From the NCBI GenBank assembly GCA_963824495.1, contig CAWGPQ010000017.1, positions 64,001-128,000 on the forward strand: a DNA stretch of 64,000 nt, in the 5' to 3' direction. The notes beneath the pieces were generated by a model that was not told where the DNA came from, did no database searches, and saw only the letters and a list, made by a program, of their open reading frames with translations. The first letter of the stretch is position 1; the number at the start of each line of letters is the position of its first letter. The position numbers were made by a program, and so were the translations under genes. The stretch is from an uncultured bacterium (GTDB lineage Bacteria > Babelota > Babeliae > Babelales > Babelaceae). Shown in pieces: positions 56,445-64,000 of the stretch.

Positions 56445-57269
56445 CTAAGGTAACGTCGTGTTATACAAGTAAGATGATTGATCGAAAACGTAATCACTCG
56501 TTGTTGGCATGCATTTTCCTTGCTCTTCAAATTTTTTAAACAGAGCATTGATATCAATACCCTTGTCTACGAGAAAACCTGCTATATATAACGCTCGTTC
56601 AAAGTATGAAGGATGTTGGCTGCGTTCGCGAGCTACAATGTAATCTGATTTACTATACTGTTCGATAACAGTAAGAATCGTTACAAGTTGGTTTTGTTCC
56701 CATAGTTTTTGCAGGGAAAAAAGATCTGCCCGTTGCTCAATTCCTCTAAGAGCAATCATGAGCTTGTAATCAAGTAATCTCTTTGGCTTATTCCAAAAGA
56801 TCTCATGGGTCGACAAAACATGATTAATGAGCTTACCGGTATCGGTACTGCAGTCAAAGGCTGTTTTTCCAAGCTCAGTATAGCGTTTGATGGTCTTAAG
56901 ATCGGTTGCAAATGAAACATCATTGAGCCAGCCGAGAATTGCGCTATCCTCATCGTCACGGTGCAAATCTCCATTAACTAGATGTCCCATCTCATGATAA
57001 ATAATACTCCGTAATATTTCCAAATCAGGTATATCTGAACATACTGCTATTTTTGAAGGAGAACGTGCTGTTGCATTGTCGGTGCATTGCAAAGCTTCGG
57101 GTACAGCATAGACGTTATATGAATAGCGTGCGGCCTTCCGAGCTTCGTTGATCATTGCTTGTACTACTGTTCCATATAAACCACGCAAGCTGGAGGCTGA
57201 AGCGGTGCCCACAGCAAATAGAGCACAACCTATTGCCACTGCTAAAAAAGAGTTTTTGTATAAGCCCAT
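56445..57269 (-). CDS. Exported HEXXH zinc metallopeptidase-like protein, paralog
   Basis: YHEMGHL, EQRAD, HPSYFER; signal peptide. Confidence 0.75.
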   Translation of the reverse strand: MGLYKNSFLAVAIGCALFAVGTASASSLRGLYGTVVQAMINEARKAARYSYNVYAVPEALQCTDNATARSPSKIAVCSDIPDLEILRSIIYHEMGHLVNGDLHRDDEDSAILGWLNDVSFATDLKTIKRYTELGKTAFDCSTDTGKLINHVLSTHEIFWNKPKRLLDYKLMIALRGIEQRADLFSLQKLWEQNQLVTILTVIEQYSKSDYIVARERSQHPSYFERALYIAGFLVDKGIDINALFKKFEEQGKCMPTTSDYVFDQSSYLYNTTLP

Positions 57270-57495
57270 TGAAAATCCTACCTTACTTTAAATTTATTTT
57301 ATTCATAATATAGCCTTATTTTAAAATAATATCATTATAAGAGAATATGTCAAAACGGGACATAATAGTTTTGGGCAATTTAATGCGCAAAACTTACATC
57401 GAGTGCATTTTGACAAAGCAGGCCTATGGTAAAATAAGCTTTTTTGTGTGCTAAAAGTTGAACGACACGGTATGAATAAAGCTTTAATACTAACG

Positions 57496-58845
57496 CTACT
57501 GGTCTCCTGAAAAAAGCGTGAGCAGCTCATAGACCGTGTGAAATTGCTTTACCGTGCACGGAGTTCGATCAATTTTTTGATTTTTAGCAATATAGAGATG
57601 CTCAATGCCAAACTTCTCGATTTCAGAAAGATGTAAACCCATGTGATTAATTGGCTTGATATGGCCCGTTAAGCTAATTTCTCCTACAGCGATAGATTTT
57701 GATTGAAGCGGTTGCTGAAAGTAACTTGATAGGAGTGCAAGAGCTATGCCCAAGTCAGCTACGCTTCCCTTGATCTTAAAGCTGCCACTAATTTTAAAGA
57801 AAATATCGTGAGCGCTTAGCTTAACATGAAGATATTTTTCTAAAATTGCTGCTATAAGCACTACTTGTGTTTGATCAATACCTGAAATAACACGCTGTGG
57901 CATACCAAATTTAGATGTGATAGTGAGAGATTGGAGCTCAATAAGCAGCGGCCGTGAGCCTTCGATATAACTAATCAAAGCAGATCCTGGCGCATGCGTT
58001 ACTTCTTCAAGTAAATGCTGATTAATATTAGGCACCTCGCGCAAGCCCTGCTCATGCATTTCAAAAAAACCAAGTTCGTTAATGGTACCAAATCGATTTT
58101 TGACGCTTCGTAAAATACGAGTTTGCCAACGATCTTCCCCTTGTAAATAAAATGCAGCGTCAACCATGTGCTCAAGGGTTTTAGGTCCGGCCATAAGTCC
58201 ATCTTTAGTAATATGACCACTGACCAAAACAGCGCTCGTGTTTTCTTTGGCAAGGCGCATCAAGCGAAATGCTGATTCTTTAAGTTGCGCAATACTACCA
58301 GGAGTTATCTGACTATCGGAAATATAGCAATTTTGAAGCGAATCGATAATGACCAGATCTGGCTTATGCTCATGAACTGTAACGATAATGTCATCTAGAT
58401 TTGCTTGATCAGAAAAAAGCATAGGGGAATCAATACAGCCCAAACGTTGTGCTCGTAGGGTAACCTGCTCAAGAGATTCTTCAGAAGAAAAATATAGCAC
58501 ACGATAATGCTCAGCAAGCTTATATGCTATGTGAAGCATAAGCGTTGATTTACCAATGCCAGGATCACCCGTCAAAATAATAAATGCTCCCGGCATAATA
58601 CCACCACCGGTAACACGATCCCATTCTCTAATACCAGATACGAGGCGTTGCGCTGGCTTGATTTCAACATTAACCAAGTTAGTCATAGCAACACCAGATG
58701 AGTTTCTATGAGATGTACTGCGTGCTGGTGAAAACACATGCTCCTGCATGGTATTCCATTCTTTACATTCTGGACAACAACCAAGCCATTTGACCGTTCG
58801 GGCTTGGCAATTTGTGCAGGTATAAGATGTTGTAGCTTTGGCCAT
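57496..58845 (-). CDS. radA: DNA repair protein RadA/Sms
   Basis: C4 zinc finger, GDPGIGKST, GPKTLEHMVD, KNRFG. Confidence 0.97.
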   Translation of the reverse strand: MAKATTSYTCTNCQARTVKWLGCCPECKEWNTMQEHVFSPARSTSHRNSSGVAMTNLVNVEIKPAQRLVSGIREWDRVTGGGIMPGAFIILTGDPGIGKSTLMLHIAYKLAEHYRVLYFSSEESLEQVTLRAQRLGCIDSPMLFSDQANLDDIIVTVHEHKPDLVIIDSLQNCYISDSQITPGSIAQLKESAFRLMRLAKENTSAVLVSGHITKDGLMAGPKTLEHMVDAAFYLQGEDRWQTRILRSVKNRFGTINELGFFEMHEQGLREVPNINQHLLEEVTHAPGSALISYIEGSRPLLIELQSLTITSKFGMPQRVISGIDQTQVVLIAAILEKYLHVKLSAHDIFFKISGSFKIKGSVADLGIALALLSSYFQQPLQSKSIAVGEISLTGHIKPINHMGLHLSEIEKFGIEHLYIAKNQKIDRTPCTVKQFHTVYELLTLFSGDQ

Positions 58846-58978
58846 AGTATGTTAAAAAGCTCAGTAACGAGAAACAACAAGAAACCATACCGTTTCTTCT
58901 TATAATAGCAAATTTTGCAATAAAAGTTTATACTTAATCTACAAGACATGACCACATTATATAAGCCATAGATAAGCC

Positions 58979-60889
58979 ATGAGCATTGAGTATTCTATGC
59001 GTTTGGTTATAATTTTTTTTACGTTTCTTACTCTTATAAGTACATTTTTACTAGGTGGGCTTTTTTTTGTTACCCATCAGCCATGGGTTGATTTTTCACC
59101 ACTTGAGCACTATAACCCAGGCAAGCCATCAATTTTACTCGACGATGAGGGTAATGAATGGGGTCGGTTTCAGATTGATCGGCGTGAACCTATCAGTATT
59201 CAGCACATGCCTGCTCATGTTATTAATGCTTTTATTGCTGCAGAAGATCATGCGTTTTTTTACCATAATGGCATATCATGGCGTGGAATACTAAGATCTC
59301 TTATAGTTAATATATATAACCGGCGTGTTGTGCAAGGCGCCAGCACTATTACCCAGCAACTTGTAAAGTTATTATTTACCGATACGTTACGAACGTTTCA
59401 ACGTAAGATTAAAGAGCAAGTATTAGCATGTAGTGTAGAGCAGCATTTTACCAAACACCAAATTCTTGAGACCTATCTTAATCACGTATATTTTGGGTGT
59501 GGCATTTATGGAGTTGAAGCAGCAAGCCAACGCCTATGGGGTAAGCATGTTCAGGATATTACTATTGGGCAAGCAGCAACACTTGCTGCCATCGTTCGAT
59601 GCCCCAATCATTACTGTCCTCTTATTGCACCAGAAAGGGCATATAAGCGGCGTAATTATGTTTTATCTTCTATGCTTAAGCTTGGGTTTATAACACAAGA
59701 AGACTATACCAACTTTAAACAAGAGCCCATTGGACAAACTGTACCTGAGGCTTCAAGTATAGCACCTCATCTACGCGAAACGTTGCGCATTTTCTTAGAA
59801 GATTTATTGGGTAGAAAGCAGCTTTATACTGAGGGATTTGTAATTCAAACTACGCTTAATTATGCAGCCCAAGAGGCCGCACAAAGAGCCTTTAAGCAAC
59901 ATGTCGATCAGATACGTTCTAAATTTTCACCTGACATTGATGGAGCTTTCATTGCCATCGAACCTAAAAGTGGTGCTATTAAAGCCCTTATTGGAGGTTA
60001 CGATTTTAAAACCTCACAATTTAATCGCGCCTACGCTCGCCGTCAAATGGGCTCCATATTTAAGCCTATTATATATACCGTAGCGTTAGAGCAAGGTATA
60101 TCGTTTACTGATACCGACATTGATGAGCCGTTCACGTTTGTTCATAACAACCAACAATGGAGACCACGTAATGCAAATTCAAGATTTATAGGAAAAATAA
60201 CACTTGCTCATGCACTTGCTACGTCAAATAATATTGTTGCTATTAAGACTCTGCTTCGTGTTGGTATCGATGCTGTTATTAAGCGTGCACAAGCATTTCA
60301 CCTAACAGGTCCTTTAAACACATACCCATCACTTGCGCTAGGGTGTATTGAAGGTTCAGTGCTTGAAAGCGCTGCAATGTTTAATGTCTTCGTTAATAAG
60401 GGTGTTTACGTTGAGCCTCATATGCTCGTATGGATAAAAAATGCTTGGGGAGCAAAAATATGGAAATACAAGCCGGTACAAGAGCCCGTTGCTTCTTGGG
60501 CTATAACTAGCAAAATTATTAAAGTGCTCACTAATAAGCTCGATCGCCTCAAAAAACGGGCTCCCGGTGAATGGATTACCAGCGATTGTTGTGGAAAAAC
60601 AGGAACAACTAATGATGCCCGTACCTGTTGGTTTACGGGTGCAACGCCAGATTTAACAACAGCTCTCTATATGGGCTGCGATAACAATCAGCCTATAGGT
60701 AAACATTCAGCTCTCGGAGCTACTATTGCACTACCACTATGGCTTGAATTTAGCAGGTGCATACCCCAGCATATCCAACACTTTCCATATGATCCTTCGC
60801 TGAAGATGATTACTATTGATGCTTTTACGGGTGATCTTGCCAATCGCAGTACCACAAGTTCCCGCGAGCTTAACCTGCTGGTCTCATAG
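58979..60889 (+). CDS. Class A penicillin-binding protein (PBP1A family)
   Basis: AEDHAFF, GASTITQQL, RKIKE transglycosylase motifs; GSIFK, SNN, KTGT transpeptidase motifs. Confidence 0.94.
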   Translation: MSIEYSMRLVIIFFTFLTLISTFLLGGLFFVTHQPWVDFSPLEHYNPGKPSILLDDEGNEWGRFQIDRREPISIQHMPAHVINAFIAAEDHAFFYHNGISWRGILRSLIVNIYNRRVVQGASTITQQLVKLLFTDTLRTFQRKIKEQVLACSVEQHFTKHQILETYLNHVYFGCGIYGVEAASQRLWGKHVQDITIGQAATLAAIVRCPNHYCPLIAPERAYKRRNYVLSSMLKLGFITQEDYTNFKQEPIGQTVPEASSIAPHLRETLRIFLEDLLGRKQLYTEGFVIQTTLNYAAQEAAQRAFKQHVDQIRSKFSPDIDGAFIAIEPKSGAIKALIGGYDFKTSQFNRAYARRQMGSIFKPIIYTVALEQGISFTDTDIDEPFTFVHNNQQWRPRNANSRFIGKITLAHALATSNNIVAIKTLLRVGIDAVIKRAQAFHLTGPLNTYPSLALGCIEGSVLESAAMFNVFVNKGVYVEPHMLVWIKNAWGAKIWKYKPVQEPVASWAITSKIIKVLTNKLDRLKKRAPGEWITSDCCGKTGTTNDARTCWFTGATPDLTTALYMGCDNNQPIGKHSALGATIALPLWLEFSRCIPQHIQHFPYDPSLKMITIDAFTGDLANRSTTSSRELNLLVS

Positions 60890-60982
60890 TGATACTCTTG
60901 CGTTTTAGGTACCAAGCCCAGTAGGCTATGCTGAGTAGGATATACCGGGCACTGTTACGCTGTTCATAAAGTGAGGTAGGGA

Positions 60983-63031
60983 ATGTACTCACGTTTTTAT
61001 TATGCATTTTTTGCCGTGCACCTATTAATTTATGCTATAATTAACCCTCAACCTCAACAACAACCGCAACAACTGAGTCAAGCAGCCCAGCTGACAAAGT
61101 TGGCGCAGCAGGTTCAAAGCGGCGGCAGCACCGCCATAGGTGGCGGAAGTCAATTTATAAGTGGTCTTGCCCAGAGTTTTGGGTATTGCCCTTCGAGCTA
61201 TACCTATAGTTTTCAAGTCTGGAATGATCTACCAACACCACTCTATGTTGCAGCGCAAAGTATCACATCAATTCAAGGTGCCCAATTTAGAGGCCCTATC
61301 GACAAAGGGCTCGTAATTTGTCCCTTTCAGAATACTCAGGATGCTTTTTATAAGAGAAATCTATGTCATGTTGGTATTTGGTTATGTGCTGATACCAGCA
61401 ATCTCCAAGGATACCAAGCAGTTATTAATAAATTAAGCCCAGGACTTTCAAAGGCAGCCGAGCTTTTTACGAGCACTGAAGAGCTTAATAAGTATAAAAT
61501 CTATCAGCGCAGAGTTGATGTCATAAAAGGCGATACTAGTATTTACCACTTTAGAACCTATATCCATAAAGGGCAACCTCGAGGAGAGTTTTTAGGCCCA
61601 AGCCTAACGTCAGGACCTTATGGATCAACTACTGATTTTGATGGTGTTTTTTATAACAGTAGTGATTATTCTGCACAGCTAGCCTTTACCAAAAATGGCC
61701 AAAGTTATACCATCACTCTTGAGCCGCATTCATTTAGTTTGCTGAGCTCTGACACAACGGTTCCTCATTCTATACGACCACCTGCTTCAAGTAATCAGCA
61801 ATCGCCACCCTGCACAGAGCAAGCACAACGAACTTTTGATTTTATTTTTGGCAAGACAACAGTACGAATACCGATTGCTCCTGAGGGGCTTGGCCACCTA
61901 TATACAGATCAAAGCACTCAAGCAACAACTATCGTTCCCGCTACCTATACCTATGAGGTATATGATAGCGGTTCTGGCAAACTGAATGTTGGTATGCAGG
62001 GAATAAGCATTGGCAATTACGACCAGCCTGGAGTTGACTTTAACGACGCAAAGAATGCTTTTCTCACTTCTCAACCGTACACTTACCCTCTTATTAAACG
62101 AGTACGTGATACTAATCCTGTAAGATGCTCAGTATGGTATCAATCAGCACAACAAGCTCGTACATCACAAAATACCGATCCTGCACAAACACCCACACAA
62201 ATACCCTATGATGTACCTGAGCAAGTATGGATTAGTTATAGCAGTCATGATTATAGCTTTCAACAAAAAATAGCACCTGGCTCTATAACCAACTTTACAC
62301 TTATTCGTCCGCAGCTAAGCGAAGCGCAAGCACGTCTCTATATCGTCTCTTTAGCAACAACAAACGACACGCAAGCTCAACGGTTTATTAAGCGATTACA
62401 TACAGGCGTTATTGGCAAAGAAGCTGTTGCAACAACCATTACCAATCCCCTTGCGCTTCCTACAACCATACTTACGCAGTTAGCACCTAACACTAACGGT
62501 ATTATTCGCGATACAGTCGGTGTTGATGCTTCGGGAATTCAAGGAACCGTACTCTTTACTGATATATTCTTACCCTATGGCCTCGATGAAGGTCCCTACT
62601 ACTATGGCATTCCTGCAGCGAGCTTAAACCTTGATGCATCATTCATGAGCAGTATTACAAGCTACTTAGCCCCTTCAAAACCAGCACCTGATATACAAAA
62701 AGTATTGACCTGGATTACTACCTATGCTAAAAATCAATCGGTTATTGCTACCTATGGCATAACGCGGCAAAACTATACGACCGATGCACTGGTTACCAAA
62801 CTTATGGGCATATTACCAGATTTGACGTTATACTTGCAGGAGAATGGCTCTCCTATTCTTTTTACAAATCCAACTGCATCAGGAACAGCACGTATATTTA
62901 ATACTCAAGGAAAACAAGCACTATACACCATCTTATTCGGGGCCCTGAGTGTAAGCAATCCACCACTCTTGCGTCAAGCAGGTAATAATTATTATGTACT
63001 GGGGGGCAAGCCAGCTGGTTGGCCACTATAA
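60983..63031 (+). CDS. Large exported hypothetical protein
   Basis: 682-aa ORF, hydrophobic N-terminus, Gln-rich linker, Thr/Ser/Tyr-rich body. Confidence 0.75.
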   Translation: MYSRFYYAFFAVHLLIYAIINPQPQQQPQQLSQAAQLTKLAQQVQSGGSTAIGGGSQFISGLAQSFGYCPSSYTYSFQVWNDLPTPLYVAAQSITSIQGAQFRGPIDKGLVICPFQNTQDAFYKRNLCHVGIWLCADTSNLQGYQAVINKLSPGLSKAAELFTSTEELNKYKIYQRRVDVIKGDTSIYHFRTYIHKGQPRGEFLGPSLTSGPYGSTTDFDGVFYNSSDYSAQLAFTKNGQSYTITLEPHSFSLLSSDTTVPHSIRPPASSNQQSPPCTEQAQRTFDFIFGKTTVRIPIAPEGLGHLYTDQSTQATTIVPATYTYEVYDSGSGKLNVGMQGISIGNYDQPGVDFNDAKNAFLTSQPYTYPLIKRVRDTNPVRCSVWYQSAQQARTSQNTDPAQTPTQIPYDVPEQVWISYSSHDYSFQQKIAPGSITNFTLIRPQLSEAQARLYIVSLATTNDTQAQRFIKRLHTGVIGKEAVATTITNPLALPTTILTQLAPNTNGIIRDTVGVDASGIQGTVLFTDIFLPYGLDEGPYYYGIPAASLNLDASFMSSITSYLAPSKPAPDIQKVLTWITTYAKNQSVIATYGITRQNYTTDALVTKLMGILPDLTLYLQENGSPILFTNPTASGTARIFNTQGKQALYTILFGALSVSNPPLLRQAGNNYYVLGGKPAGWPL

Positions 63032-63037
63032 AAACCG

Positions 63038-63541
63038 TTGTATACTAACTGTTATATAGCACTATTCAGGAGATCAATGATATCGCTTAGTATGTACCTC
63101 AAGCTTTGCCTTATAGTACCTATCGTGTTTAACCCATCCGTATATGGCATGAAAAAAGTTTCTTCATTAACCGAGCAAGCTCGCTTACATGCAACACAAC
63201 ATTTGAACATAAGCAAATTAAAGGAGCTTAACTCAGGCTCACTTCACCCTATGCATTATGCTGCTCAACTTAAAGATACCTCACTCATTAAACATTTCGT
63301 TGAGCAAATTATTCAGCAACATGCATCTCTAGATATTACTGATGCATGCAGTTATACGCCATTGCATAAAGCTGCAGCGTGCGGCAATACCGATGTCGTC
63401 ATGTTCCTGCTCGCTGAAGGTGCTAATTATAAACTTACAACAAAGAGCAACGAAACCGCCTTAAGTTTGGCCCAAAACAACAACGCACCTCAAACAGCAG
63501 AAGCTATCAAGCGCTTTATTGCTTCAAAGTCGACACGCTGA
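63038..63541 (+). CDS. Exported ankyrin-repeat protein
   Basis: HPMHYAA, YTPLHKAA, ETALSLA. Confidence 0.85.
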   Translation: MYTNCYIALFRRSMISLSMYLKLCLIVPIVFNPSVYGMKKVSSLTEQARLHATQHLNISKLKELNSGSLHPMHYAAQLKDTSLIKHFVEQIIQQHASLDITDACSYTPLHKAAACGNTDVVMFLLAEGANYKLTTKSNETALSLAQNNNAPQTAEAIKRFIASKSTR

Positions 63542-63566
63542 AGGATTTTCTAGCACATACTAACTA

Positions 63567-64000
63567 TCATAGCTCACTCTCGTCAATAAGCTTATACTCT
63601 CTACATCGACGATTAACAGAAGATCTGTTTACTCCTAAAAGTGTAGCAATCTTTGCTTGATTTCTAAATTTGTTCCAGAGAAATGTCATAATTTGCACAT
63701 CTTTGAGGGCACATTTACCACGCTGTACTGCTTGAAAAAGCTCTGGATCTGATGTAGCGTAAGCGGGAGCAAACTCAACTTCATTATAAATATCTTGCCT
63801 AGCTGATTTCTTAATAAGTATCTGTTTTATGTATCCTTTAAATTCTTGCAAGCTTACGGGACATCTATTGATAAGATGCGCTCTATCTTTATCAGTAAGT
63901 CCTAATAACTTCTTAAATTCGGTAGTCTTAATTGCTTCTTCAGTACATGCATCAGCTAGTTGATTAAGTTCCTTAGAGGGCAAAACACTTAGTGATGGCA
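63567..64000 (-). CDS. C-terminus of a protein with a Fis-like HTH (partial at window edge)
   Basis: NQAKIATLLGVNRSSVNRR; frame open to the window end. Confidence 0.65.
   Translation of the reverse strand, partial: PSLSVLPSKELNQLADACTEEAIKTTEFKKLLGLTDKDRAHLINRCPVSLQEFKGYIKQILIKKSARQDIYNEVEFAPAYATSDPELFQAVQRGKCALKDVQIMTFLWNKFRNQAKIATLLGVNRSSVNRRCREYKLIDESEL

Overview
A 64 kb, AT-rich bacterial chromosome segment using the standard genetic code. Many signal-peptide ankyrin proteins, an AAA-ATPase-like relic, tandem amino-acid symporters, a membrane pyrophosphatase and many exported orphan proteins suggest a host-dependent, probably protist-associated bacterium such as Candidatus Dependentiae/Babelota (inference, not proven). 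Intact housekeeping genes: truA, two zwf, gpmI, rsmE, tsaB, ruvX, murE, cfa, hppA, nrdAB, pgi, gnd, radA, a class A PBP and a LigD-type ligase. Accessory genes are often broken: an AAA-ATPase/collagen chimera, two ankyrin genes, a DUF5674-like pair, an MNT-HEPN relic, tnpB and an AlbA_2 regulator. Main observations: (1) six exported ankyrin proteins end in a conserved LPxEIxxxIxx(F/Y) F-box-like motif, the ANK/F-box layout of poxvirus and Orientia effectors; (2) the tnpB relic carries three related short palindromic insertions, one apparently nested, and removing them restores TnpB-like motifs; (3) a co-oriented cluster of small exported low-complexity/repeat proteins, plus a separate Cys-rich mini-protein; (4) a Tyr-less, Chlamydia-type class Ic NrdB; (5) one zwf copy has lost the IDHY motif. 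No rRNA, tRNA or CRISPR array was recognised. All family assignments come from motif recognition by eye; no searches were run.
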